From positions 1,788,882-1,852,881 of the forward strand of contig MU004187.1 in assembly GCA_010093605.1 (NCBI GenBank): a stretch of DNA of 64,000 nt. The letters are read 5' to 3'. The DNA is from Lophium mytilinum. Its lineage: Eukaryota. The notes under the pieces were generated by a model. That model was not told where the DNA came from and ran no database searches. It worked only from the letters and a program-made list of their open reading frames with translations. Every line of letters begins with the position of its first letter. Positions within the stretch are counted from its first letter, which is position 1. A program made the translations under genes and the position numbers. Below are positions 1 through 11,764 of this stretch, piece after piece.

Positions 1-198
1 GCCGTCGCCTTCTGCCCGACGCGCAAAGAATGGGCCAGCGCAGGCGGAGATGGTAAGCCCTTCCATGAATCCCCCCTCAGGTAGCCCCGGTTACCATCGG
101 GCCCGCCGCTCACTATTTTCCCTTATCTCCAAAGTCTATTTGTGCTGACGCGTGATGTGCGCGCAGGGAACGTGATTGTTTGGGGCATGCCGGCGTAA
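1..198 (+). CDS. 3' end of a WD40-repeat protein (partial; exons 1-52, 167-198)
   Basis: Splicing GTAAGC(53)..GCTGAC..CAG(166) gives ...AVAFCPTRKEWASAGGDGNVIVWGMPA*, a typical final WD40 blade. Confidence 0.75.
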
Positions 199-1454
199 AC
201 TGAATTCACAATATTGGGCTGGGCTCGGACGGACAGCGCATTTATGAGATTGCCGCCGTTAGCTCCCCTAGGGACTGACGTCATTGTCATGTGGTTTTTG
301 GAAATAAAAATCTATAGAATAGTCATAGGACACACACCTAAACATCTTTAATATCCTTTCGGCAAATTCGCGTGGGGCTTTCGCATTATGCTTTAGTGGG
401 ATTGGCGCTAATGGGCCACGGCGCGCAGGCTGAGTGGACTTATTTGGCACCCGCCCTAAAAACAGTTGCAAGGTTTCAGGCTCAGGCTTTATTGATAGCT
501 TAAAAGATAGTTCAAAAGAAGCTGATTTTTAAAGGATGTGAGTCAAGGTAGTGACGTAGATTGGTATTCCTAGATATCGTACAGACCTCTCAAATACCCG
601 AGCCAAGTAAATGCATCAAGATTTTTCAACTTTTGGATGCTCCCGATCCCAATGCTTGCCCGTGGGGTGCCGCGCCCCGTTGATGCCCATTTCGTTTCTC
701 GTGACGGCGTGGCATCGTTCATGTGATGTGACTAGACAAGACGACTAAGAGATGAGAGACAGGTATGAAACAGACTGTTTTCCAGCGTCCGAAACAGAGA
801 TACGCGCGCGAGGCGAAATTTGGGAGAGACAGTGATGAAAAGATGAGCACATGAGGAGAAGTGGAAATAAGAGATACGGTGGCTCGAAAGGGAAAAGACA
901 GCATCAACAATACGCCGATGCATGCGAGAAAAGTGACAAGTCGCGGAAGGAAAAGCAGGCGTGATAGGCTAGAAATAAATCGGATCGCAAGGCACGAGGA
1001 AACGCCACTAACGACGCCGCATGCAATAACGGTGACCCGACCGGTGAGGAAACCTTGCTGGTGTAGAAAAGACACCGCTCGACTTGGATGTGCGATGAAC
1101 CAAAACCGGCAAAGCGTGGCTGCGACTCCAGCCTGATATCGAGATGGTGACTTTTGCCGGCTGACGCGCCTCCCACGCCGACTATGAGATTCTCGAGCAA
1201 TCCAGAATCTGACATCCCCCACCACCCGAGGTGAAAACAAGGTCAGCCTCGTCGAGAGTAGGTTGCCTGTTGCCTGCTTACGTACGAGAGCTAGCCCCCC
1301 CTGGTCTGGCGTTTCTGATCGGTGAGGTTGTGGTTGTACGCGACCGCTTTCGACCCTCACCTGACCGCAGCTTCATGCGGCTACCCTTCACTGTGCGGTC
1401 ACCCACGGTTCCCATCATTGATCAGATCGCCAGACTCGTCGCTTAGCCCTAAAG

Positions 1455-2874
1455 TTAATCGGGCACAACGCCGTTCTCTGCGCCCCGCAGTGCGGCTAGC
1501 GCTCGATGCAGCTCGTCTTCGCCGACCATGACAGTTCCTGCGCGTGCGGTGCTGAGGTAGCTCATTTCGACAGAGTTCTCGAGAGCACCCTGGGCGGTGC
1601 CGCCGACCAGGCGCCCTGCCACGCCGCACACGATGCCAGTGCTTTCGAGAGGAAGCTCGCGCAGGTCCAGCGTGATCGGGATAAGGAAGTCGTCTTTAGA
1701 GCCTAGTAGGACGTCTTGCGCAAAGTTCGGGAGGAGCGTATGATCGAGGAGCAGGGATGCAGGTTCCGTGTCCGTGAGTGTGAGTGACAAGAATCTCGGG
1801 CACGGGGGTGTGATGAGGCATTTTACGAGGCCTAGGTGCAGCGCGTCGTCAGCTGCGCTGGTGGTCGAGCTTCGGTTGCCGTTGGAGCTGCCCGTTCGTG
1901 ATGGGTCTTTGCGACCGGCGCATTGGATCAGTCGAAGACTTGGATTGACGGTAGGCACGATGTTTCGTCGTTTGAGAGTCGCGAATGTGCGGATTTGAAG
2001 CTCAGAGATAGTGGCAGGGGGCGGGGTGCCTGGTGCTTGAGTGTCAAACGAGGAAGTGGACGAATGGTTCCGCCTATGGTGGGATGGGTTGACATAGGTT
2101 GAAGTGTGGTGCTCGAAAGCAAACCCACGCTCTTCAAGGGCATGAACAACCTGTCCTCTGCACCGTAGAGGCACGAGGATGTAGTCGGAAAAGTAGGTGG
2201 TAATGAAGAATATGGATCTGTCGTTTGTTAGAATTGAATATCTCGAAATTTCATTGAGGCGACCTACATCCCAGCCAGCGCGAGCGGACTCGTGAGTTCA
2301 AGGACCCTCTGTCCGGCATCAAGACCTTCGCCGTCAACTTGCATAACGATGAAGTCTTCGGTGGTGATAGACACTTGGTTTCTCGCCGCTGCATCGAGGC
2401 TGTCTCGCACAGGAGCAAATAACTCACGCGCAAGAGTTCGAGAACACACTACCGAGCACTCGATGTGAGTGATTGAAATGTTGACAAAGGGATGCTCATA
2501 GGGCCAGCCCCGAGGGGCCCGCACAGCTCCATTGGAAGAGGCAAGATCATTGCGGCCTTCATTCGGAAGCAGCAGTTGCAAGATAGCCTGGAGGAAGTTT
2601 GCATACAGCGAAAGAGGGATGTGGATCAGGGCCAACTGGGTATCCTTGACGTTGAGCATGGTGTTAGCTAAGAGAGAAAAATAGAGGCGAAAAGTTTTGT
2701 GGGGAGGCGAGATATAAAACAGCCCTACGGGACGCCATGCATGCACGGCTTGGGGTGTACCATGCGATGCGAGGGTAATAACGCTACTAAGCAATGCATG
2801 AGATTGAGTGGGGAATGAAAGGTACATACCAGAAATTGGATGTGAGCACTGAGCAAGGTCATGGAAGACTCCAT
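1455..2874 (-). CDS. CASTOR/GATS-like tandem ACT-domain protein (exons 2874-2830, 2644-2268, 2217-1455)
   Basis: Spliced protein MESSMTLLSAHIQFL|DTQLALIHIPL...FVNISITHIECSVV...GQRVLELTSPLALAGI|SIFFITTYFSDYILV...LESTGIVCGVAGRL...MSYLSTARAGTVMV matches ACT_7/CASTOR motifs. Both introns have GT donors, CTAAC branch points and AG acceptors in the correct phase. Confidence 0.85.
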
Positions 2875-3107
2875 TACGTGCAGACGATAAGAATAGAGTT
2901 TCCCGGATGACGAGTGAGCCCGTGGAGGTCGTCTGTACCTGCAAGGCGGCGGGTGGCAGCAGGCCGACGGGTGCTCGAGGCCAGGGCGGCGGACGAGGAA
3001 CCGCGGAATAAGCAACCGTATCGAGTGCGGTGTCGTCGGTCAAAAGAAGCAAAGTGATGTACCGCAAGGACTTGAGTTTAAATCTGGGGTGGACTGCGGA
3101 GCCGGTC

Positions 3108-3167
3108 TCAGCGGTTGATGGCTTCTTGTCCTACGGGCCAGTGAGAGGTGTTGTTCTTGAAGTTCAT
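3108..3167 (-). promoter_or_regulatory. Candidate uORF (MNFKNNTSHWPVGQEAINR*) upstream of the CASTOR-like gene
   Basis: ATG 3167 to TGA 3108, 20 codons, mostly C/G-ending; about 230 nt upstream of the main ATG. Inclusion in the mRNA is not demonstrated. Confidence 0.4.
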
Positions 3168-6100
3168 CCCCAAGGCGTGACGGAGATGATCGGTGAGGAA
3201 GGGGAAGGCGGACGTCGTGGAGTGATAACGCGGCTGGCCTGACCGTTACGGGCAACAGGGCACACGAGGGGGTAATAAGAACAGGCGGAGAAGGGGTTCC
3301 AGGCGCCTGGAGCCGCCACGACAGCAGGCGATGGTCGCAGGCGAGGCAATGGACGTTGTCTGGGCTGTATGGCCTGGTGGCACCGAGCGAGATGTCGAGT
3401 CTGGGGTATTGGCGTGCAGCGTGGGGAAAACCGCTGTGGGCGCGTCAATTGGCCAGCACGCAGCCGGATCGGAGGCCTGGAGACCCTGCTCTGGACGGCG
3501 CTCTCCCGGTGGCCCAGGTGCAGCGTGGGATGCGGCGTGAGCAGCGTGGCAGAGGGGTGAATACGGCGACGGGTGAGCAGCTGACGGCGGCCAGGGCGGT
3601 TGAACCGGCACTGCGAGGGAGACAGGGCAAGAGAAGGGGAGGCAAACGGAGCAGACGTGTCGGGCAGGGCCGCGGTCGTCTTAAGTAGCATCGCCAGGAG
3701 GGCAGAAGGGCCGCGAGAGAGGAGTCGTTCAGCGCCAGTGGAGCCAGGTGGTGAGGGCTGGTGCTGGGTGACTCGAAAGAGCACTCCGATAACCGCGCCG
3801 ACTGAGGCCGTAGTGAGCACCACGCACGAAGCGATTCGAATCGGCCGCTGCAGTGCGAGCACGCTGCCCTCTCAGCCTGCGTCCTGACGTCCCGTGATAG
3901 CCTTGGGGGCGCATGGCTGGGTGCTGCGCGCCTCGACGTCAAAGGGATGCCGTGTGCGTCGTCGCCCTTTGTCGGGAGACGGCCCATCTGCAAGCTGATT
4001 CGACCGCACGCCTGTACCTGAATGTACCTGACCAGCTGGCGGCATTGGGCAACCCGAAGCTGCCCGGCACGTCTGCTCGTCATGCGAGAGGAGAGTGATG
4101 CAGAGTGATGCTGCGCTTCATTTGCACCAGCCGACGTTGCCGCTCTGAATAGGCCCGCCGGAGTACTCATCCCGAGCTTCTCAGGCCTCATTTCTCAGTG
4201 CGCTCATGCGCCGAGCACCGCATCCAACCCACGCCAACAGCCTCGAGCTCGCGCTCCATATCGATATCGTGGCCCCAGCCGCGCATTGCGTGCATACAAT
4301 CGCCGCTCCAATGCCCGCGAGAGGAAATGCCGGGCGGCTGGCTGACCGACCCCGCTCCATGTCGCCCGGAGAGAGGGCCCTGTTCTGGCCATAGCATCAC
4401 CACTCAGGCCAATATGGTGTTTTGTGCCCTCTCCCCTATCTAATTCTGCTAGCGGGCCCAGCACCGAACGCCAGACGAACGATTCTCACGCTTCATTGCG
4501 ACATCTCAACACCGACGACGTCGCGGGTGCTCGTTCCCTCGGCCCGTACCGCGAGCACAACCCCGCAAACAGCCAGCCACAGTTGTGCAAGGCCTCCAGC
4601 GCACTCTCTCTCTCGTGGACGTGGCTAACTGCATCACCTGTGCTCCAGTGCAGCTGCCTCCCCAGAAATACATGCAGATTTGGCCGCATATCGAGAGCCT
4701 CGAGTCCCCATTCGTCTCCTAAGCGTCTTCCCCTCACCACACTCTAACTGCGGAGTAGTCTCCCCTCGCTGCTCACCACTCACATCACGCTGCCAGCAGG
4801 TCCTGCAGCTCCCTGCGTGCACTCATGCACGCTACGAGATGTCATGCTTCAAGCTCCCCACTCTTCCACAATACAAAGGGTGCGGCCGAGTGAAGAATCA
4901 AGTCTCAAGCGGCTAAGCGAGGCGTGGAACATTAAAGTTGTCCGAAATCGACACCTCTTAACAGCCGCATCTCGAGAACACAACAAAATATCGAGCTTTT
5001 ATAAAGCTAGGCATCTTTAGGGGAACGCCTTTCATGGTTGTTGGAAGGCTAGAAAGTTTATTATGCCCGTGTGGTGGCTGCGCAGCTAAATTGTGGATTT
5101 TGGTGGTGACTTGATTCTTCACTCGGCCGCACCCTTTGTATGACGCTGGCGGCGCATGAACCCCTCCGCAGAACCGGAGCCAAGCCTGCTCAGCTCACGC
5201 CAACCTGCGCCCTGCCCTGCCTGTCCTCCAATTCACTCGCGTCTCCCGCGCGACCTTGTTAAATCGATGGAGACAAGACGTGGGGGTTCCTGCGCGCCGG
5301 CATGCATGTCACATCGCTACGGTTCGCTGGCAGTCCCCGGGTCCCGCTCACCAGGTCTCGCCCTTGCTGCGTCTTAAGAGGCCGTCTCGTTACTATAGTC
5401 CGAGGCCAAACCTTCACGAGACATCCGGCATACTCAGGCAACACAGATCATCATAGCTCCTGCTGACAATCTTGATTGACAGCGCATCACTCTGGTCAGA
5501 GATAGGGAGAGGGTAAGAGGAGCAAATTGGAGCGAACCGTAGAAAGCAGCAGCCCCAAGTAGTGACGCGGTGATATGAAGCAGATGTTACACATGCTATA
5601 ATGTCCTGTCCAGATCGATTCGCACTAGCTCGTTACGAGATCACTCTGCCGATATCACGGCTACCTTCGACGTCACATGATATCACGTGACTTCAGTCTC
5701 ACGACTTTCGAGTAGCCATCGACAGTGCATCCTAATTGCAAAGTTTGATACGTAGATCTCATAAGTATATCCCCTTTCTCGCTATGTTTCCGCGTAGCTC
5801 AATAGTCTGGCTTGTGCGTCCTGCCAAGTGCTCGCGGTTTCAGAGCTTTTGCTTCGCCTCTTCCTCTTCAATTTTCAAATTTCCCACACGGCGGGCCTAA
5901 ATTTTTATCTCTCTGATTGGACCGCTTATCACTATAAAATGGCCGGTGCTGTTTTCGCCCCCAATTCCAGTTGACTCACAGCCTCATCCTAAATACGCCG
6001 TATAGTAGATATGTACATTTATAGATTCCTACGGTCGTGCCACTGCGGCGAAGACAGCTCGAGGGTATTTCCAATAATCAAATACCCGCAGGTCCCTTAG

Positions 6101-6596
6101 GGATCTTGGTCTGTCACGTTCTCCTTGCAGACACCGCCTCGCTTCATTTTTTCACGCAAGTATAATTGCTAAGCTCTTCCGCTGTGGCCTGCAGAGTCCT
6201 CTCTCACGACTTTATATCGCCGATCATACTGCCGGAGAACATACGACCTCTCCCATCAGATGACAATCCTCTCCCTAAGCAGTAAATTTACGCCGCTCAC
6301 TCCATTTCGATCCAACACCTTCCCGAAAAGCGCACACCATTAGCACTTCTTCCAGCCCCCGACAACATGAGTAATTATGCTTTTGTACCAAAGGATACTA
6401 TGGCGACCAGCGGAGAGGGACAGCTCACAATACGTAAGGCCGAGCGACAGCGATGCTGTCTAAGTACAGCATAGCATGCCAACAGTCAACATTTACTGCT
6501 TCATCAAAGCCCGCTTGCGTAATTCTGCCGCTAATTGTAAGGCTTCACTGTGGTAAGTGCAAATGGAGACTGCCACATAATCAAGCCAGGTAGGTT

Positions 6597-6660
6597 TATC
6601 ATCAAGCCTTGACGTATATCATCAAGCCTCGACGTATATCATCAAGCCTCGACGTATACC
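6597..6660. repeat. 20-bp tandem repeat x3 (ATCAAGCCTCGACGTATATC)
   Basis: Three adjacent near-identical copies visible directly. Confidence 0.95.
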
Positions 6661-6697
6661 ATAGTATACTCATACACACTTGAACTCTCCTCCCCCT

Positions 6698-7257
6698 CTA
6701 CCTCTCCCTCGGCGCCTCTGCAGCCACCGTCTCCTGACCCTCAGGGAACCTCTCCTCAGCCGCCGGCCCTCCCACATCCCCCCTCTGCCCACTCCCCACA
6801 TCCTCACCCAACGCCTCCCCCTTATCCCCAACACTCGCCCCCACCCCCACCAACCCACTCCTCCCCCTATGCGTCCCCGCATGATGCGCCTCCTGGCTCG
6901 TCATCCCCTGCCCCGGATGCCCCAACCCCTGATGCACCTCCGCCGAATCAGCGCCCGTAAGCGTCGAGCTGGCGTCCTGGTACATCCCCTGGTTGTTCAG
7001 CTCCGGGTTTGGCTGGAAGGTTGCGTCCGCAGGCGCAGAGCCAGCGGGGAGGGTGGTTGCGTGGAACTCCGGGGCCGCGTCGCGGGCGGAGGCGACGACG
7101 CCGGGTTTGTGCTGGTGAGGGGTGTTAACATCTCGTGCGGCAGGAGGGGAGCGGTGTCACTCACGCCTCCGTGCTCGAGCGGTTCGGTGGGGGGCACGCG
7201 GGAGTGGAATTCGCCGGTGGCGTTCGTGATGGAGTCAGGGTTTTTGGAGGCGGACAT
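6698..7257 (-). CDS. Small Gly/His-rich hydrophilic fungal protein, possibly stress/spore-associated (exons 7257-7165, 7111-6698; 168 aa)
   Basis: GTGAGT..TTAAC..CAG intron joins two ORF-track fragments in frame (MSASKNPDSITNATGEFHSRVPPTEPLEHGG|HKPGVVAS...HQGLGHPGQGMTSQE). TATA-like TTTATAAG about 125 nt upstream. Confidence 0.8.
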
Positions 7258-7972
7258 TGTTGGTGGTGGTTTGTTGAGGTTGCTTTTGGTAACTCGGATT
7301 TGGGAGGCTGAGCTGGCAGAGGGAGAGTTGAAGATTTGAGGGTGGGTTTAGATTGGAAGTTGTGATTAGAGGGGGTGTTCTTATAAACCTTTGTTGAGGA
7401 GGTCGGTTTTTGACATCAATTATACGTCATGACGGATAGGGATGGAATCTAGATCCCTGTGCTGTTGCTGCCTGACATTATATGATCATTACTGCATTGG
7501 GGATGATCAGCTGTTGTCTCAGTCATTATGGTTGTGTGCAAACGGAGATTTGGACTGACTGGAGTGGACGTGGTGTTTCATCACGTGACCTGGCCTATCT
7601 TGGTAATTTTGGTCGACACCATATCTCACAGAGTAAATCCCGGCGAGCTAATGCCTTGAGGTCAAACTTTGTTTATGGCGTTCATGGACAGCTGTCTGGT
7701 TGTATTTCCAGTCTTAAGATGGAGGTTGAAAAAGAAGGCTTTATACTGAGAATGGGACTATAGACAAGAAAATGTAGTTTGGGATCGGAAACCTAGCTTG
7801 ATGTAAGATAGGTAGCTTGAACTTAAGGGGATGCAATTTGTTTTCGTAGTAGCAAGTATTAGATATTAGTTCCACAGGTTCTTCGGAGAGAAGTGACAAG
7901 TTGATTATTGCCAATTGAGTCCGTAGCTGCAAATCGGTTCCCGTGAACCCGCCTGTAATTACATCGAGCCAA

Positions 7973-9794
7973 TCACCTCTTATGTTTTGGCTTCTTCCCC
8001 TTCGTAGAAGCGGGTGATTGGACAGTAGCGGGCTCGGACGGGATAGCATCATCTTCGCTGAACCCTGACCATTCCTCCTCCTCCTCTCCATCCTCGTCCA
8101 TCACCTCCGAAGCGGGTTCAGCGGCCTTGAATGTTGAGTCTCTCACAAACGCCGCCACAAAGAAGCCCATAGTTCCTTCTTCGGTCCCTTTCTCACACCG
8201 AATGCAACCTTCGAGTACCTCTGCTTTCCATTTCTCCGTTGCGATACCTCCATCCCCTCTGTCTTCGTCCCAGCTACCTCTCCTCTCCCACCTCCTCAAC
8301 CCAAGTACCTGTTTATCTCGGGCCAAGATCCTCCATCCACGCTCCTTTGCAATGGGCGACGTGAGGGCACCGAAAACAACACCTTCGTTCTCTTCAAAGT
8401 GTATCGAGCATGTCGAGTAAGTGATTTTCCGGGCGTTGGGAAAGCGCATGGCGTGGGTAAGAAGGTGTAGTTGGAAGGTCGAGAGAGCCTTGAGGCGGTC
8501 TCTGAGTTCTGTACCGTCTTGTGCTGCAACCTCAGGAGCAGATTCCTCAACTTCGAGGGGGGCTGTAGGCACTTTTGGTGTCTCGACCCCCGCTTTGGCG
8601 CGTTTGCGCTTCTTGCTCTTGCGGCTCAATGAATTTGTTGCTTCTGTGGATTTTGAATCTGGCAGATACACCTTGACATTGTCATCTCGTCCGACGATCC
8701 CACTGCCTGAACAGCTTGGGTCAAGGAGAAGAGCACGGACGTGTTCCATCTCTAGCGAATCTGGCTTCGTAGCAAGGAAGTCTTTGGCCACCTTGACGCG
8801 GACGTTCTTGTCCGCTCCAGCTATTTTCACCATTTTGTCTAATATCATTGAGCGTCTCGCGTCTTTCTCGTAGGCAAAAATTTTCGGCGCCGGCCCCTCA
8901 GGCATACTGGAGTCTACTCGCTCGGACAAGATGGCGCTCAGGTGGGTTGTCTTATTTCCAGGTGCCGCGCACGCATCTATGATATCTTCATCCTCAGGCT
9001 GGACATCGAGAAGGTATGCCGGAAAACACGACGCTTTGTCTTGAAAGATGATGTGACCTGCGAGGTAAGCTGGTGATTTCGCGAAGTCGGCTCTTGGTGG
9101 TAGTGCGATTAAATTTGGTATGTGAGGATCCAGATATAGGAGCTTCGACGAGCCAGACGCGGAGATAACGGGAGCGAGGCCATCTGCTTTGTTGTACCCC
9201 GCAAATGTAGTTGAAAGTTGAATCTCGAGAGTAGTCTTCAGAGTGTTTATCCGCACCCATCGTGGGTGTTGAATTGACTCCGCTGGTGAGCCATTGGGGG
9301 CTGTAGTGATCTCAACTTCGCCCGAATTGACTTGTTCTCGCAGCTGCTCCAAGGTTCCGCAGCCGCGCTTTATCCTCGATTTCACAAGTTCCGCATTCAA
9401 TCTAGCCTTGTGCCGAGTGATCGTGAGCTTGAGGACGTGGTTTGCAGGAGCTGCTACTCCGCCTTTGGAGAGGAGAAGATCGTGGGCTAAGAGAAGGGCA
9501 AGGACAGGCGTAAGCTGGTTGCAATAATTAGCTATTGATTGTTCGGCAAAGAAACAAAAAACTGAAGAATTAGATCATTAATTGTTTGCGTACCTTTCTC
9601 TCCTCCTTCAACAGCCCGCTCTTCTCAACCACATCCTTCAAAACTCCCGACCATTTTGACGCCTCTGTAACCAGCGCAAAAACCTGCGCCGGCTTACTCT
9701 TGAGATCTTTCTTGTTGAAAATCCTTGACTTTAACGATCCCCCTGTGCTGTCTGCGTTGGTCAGGATCGACGCGGCTTCGTAGTAGAGTGACAT
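7973..9794 (-). CDS. RCM1: 25S rRNA m5C methyltransferase Rcm1/NSUN5 (exons 9794-9594, 9515-7973)
   Basis: MSLYYEAA N-terminus, PRWVRINTLK, IIFQDKASCFPA, IDACAAPGNKTTHL, LLDPSCSGSG and TYSTCSIH motifs of the NOL1/NOP2/Sun family, NSUN5 type. Confidence 0.93.
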
Positions 9795-10497
9795 TTTCGC
9801 AAGGTGCGAGAGCTTGGGGTCGAAGCTACAAAATAATTATGCACGGACCACTTTTGGATAGCTCTGCGAATGGAACTAGTAGCTTAGGTAGCTACCACAA
9901 AATCGTGAATTCAGACTCAGAAGATGACGCAGGGAATTTCCTACATCCTGGTACCATGTTATGGAAGGTTCTATAGTATCGTGCAGATTGAAGTTCCGTT
10001 CATGTTGGAAGATCGAGCATTGCCAAACGCTGATTGGCTAATTCCACGGACTTTCACAATTGAGCTACCTACTATAAGGTACGGATCTATCATCCGTCCG
10101 ATCACCGATGTCCGATGCGTGAAGATTGAACGCTTATATTGATTCTTTATCTACGAGACAGTGTTTAGTTGCCTTCAGGCTTCCAAGACATAGTTTCTTG
10201 GCCGCTCTAGAGTTTCTATGTTATTCCACTGACCATCCCATTGGGTGTTGATAAAATACTACATTTATTATCCTACCGTCGAGTATGAGAGACCTAGACA
10301 TCAGAGCTCCGAGTATCCGGATCCATCGAGACACTAGAGAGATAGCGTCGGTTTTGGAGAAGTCCTTATAGAGGTCTCATCGCGCATCAACACCACCAAG
10401 TCCGCTCTACACAATATAAACCAAAATCGCCTTCCGTACCAAAGTTTGCGTTCCTCACCAATTGCATCAACCTGCCCCCACATCTCATACACGAATC

Positions 10498-11367
10498 ATG
10501 GCATCCCTCATTGTCACCAGTGTGGCAGTCGGAGCCACGCGCATCCGTGAGAAACAGAAAGAGAAGAAGGAGGCGCGTCGAAAGGAAAGCCAGCAGTTCG
10601 AGAGAGTTCCGCATAACGATTTGAAAGACGCAAAAACCCAGAGAGAGTTGGATCTTGTCAATAAGCTTACGGATGAGAAGACTCGGAACAAGGAGATAGC
10701 GGGTCTAGCGCTGGAATCAGAGCCATTATGGAAGGCTGCACAAGACACTGAACCACACGGACAGCATTTTAAAGCTACAGTGTCAAATAAAACGGATCCA
10801 GATTTACCTCCTTGTGTGCAGTGGACGTCGGGCTCCGCAGACAATCGACAGGTTGGTACCAAACATCATAGGAGCTCGGGGTCCTCCAAGCTTGATGATG
10901 AGAAACGACGTCGGAAAGAGGAGAAAAATGTCTGCATAGAGAAAGATACACATTCGACAAGCGACCCACCTGTCGCAACGGAGTATGAGATATCCGGGCA
11001 GGGCAAGCATGTCAAGAGGGATTCCGGGACCGCTGAGGCTGATTCGAAAACGAGATTGCCTAGAAGTGAGCGCGACACACTAGTGATAAAAGCCGAGATA
11101 GCCAAGCAGGAAGCGATTCAGGATCAGGTGGAAAAGCTGATCTCTGGTCGGGTTGCTTGGATAGAACCGCAACAGCGTAACGACGAAGACGACATTAGAA
11201 TCCGGAAATTATCAGAGGTTGGGAAGGCGCAGACTATGGAGCCTTCGAAAAGCTGCCGCGGAAGTCGAAGGGCGGAAGGAAGGATTTCCGGTAGCTGCCA
11301 GGGAAGAAAGCGAAGTCAAGGAGGTTGCGCTGGGAGGAGACCCCAGCGAGCAGAAACATGGTTCTGA
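10498..11367 (+). CDS. Hypothetical charged, low-complexity protein (3' end uncertain, may run to 11416)
   Basis: ATG in ATCATGG context, TATAAA about 80 nt upstream, roughly 290 open codons. No recognisable domain. Confidence 0.5.
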   Translation: MASLIVTSVAVGATRIREKQKEKKEARRKESQQFERVPHNDLKDAKTQRELDLVNKLTDEKTRNKEIAGLALESEPLWKAAQDTEPHGQHFKATVSNKTDPDLPPCVQWTSGSADNRQVGTKHHRSSGSSKLDDEKRRRKEEKNVCIEKDTHSTSDPPVATEYEISGQGKHVKRDSGTAEADSKTRLPRSERDTLVIKAEIAKQEAIQDQVEKLISGRVAWIEPQQRNDEDDIRIRKLSEVGKAQTMEPSKSCRGSRRAEGRISGSCQGRKRSQGGCAGRRPQRAETWF

Positions 11368-11656
11368 AGAATACGGCTTGCGATTGGGATTGTTTTCTTG
11401 GATGTACGAGATATGAGGAATTTGAGGCCTTCTATAGACTTTGTATAACTACTTTTTAAATCCTTCGAGTCGTGTTTTTCAAGCACACAGGGTCTGTTGC
11501 TGTGGGAGGTCTTTCGACAGATTTAGGACATTCTCATAAGATGAAACTGTACAGCGAGCTCAATCATACAAGTGGTCACGAATGCTATCCGATGACTTTA
11601 CTGAAAAGTGTGTGGTAATGGAAGCAGAAAGATTTGTCAATGATAGGGAACGCTTA

Positions 11657-11668
11657 AGTCGCACGTGA
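11657..11668 (+). promoter_or_regulatory. Overlapping Homol-D-like (AGTCGCA) and E-box (CACGTGA) motif upstream of RPS25
   Basis: AGTCGCACGTGA about 100 nt before the ATG; resembles ascomycete ribosomal-protein promoter motifs. Confidence 0.4.
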
Positions 11669-11764
11669 TTCATTGCCGCCAAGTCTTTTGGAATAAGCGA
11701 ATCCTCTCCACATCACGATTTTGCAAGCCAGCCCAACGCCAACTTCAATCACACATCCATCAAA

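Noticed and set aside
230..720. AT/TpA-richer segment that might be a RIPed TE fragment
   Set aside because: No termini, TSD, second copy or protein motif found by eye.
719..1446. 213-aa and smaller ORFs downstream of the CASTOR-like gene
   Set aside because: Pyrimidine-rich 3' UTR-like sequence, mostly non-ATG starts, no domain.
3164..5456. Many overlapping 60-250 aa ORFs
   Set aside because: GC-rich intergenic or leader DNA open on several frames, Arg/Pro/Ser-rich translations, no splice-supported model.
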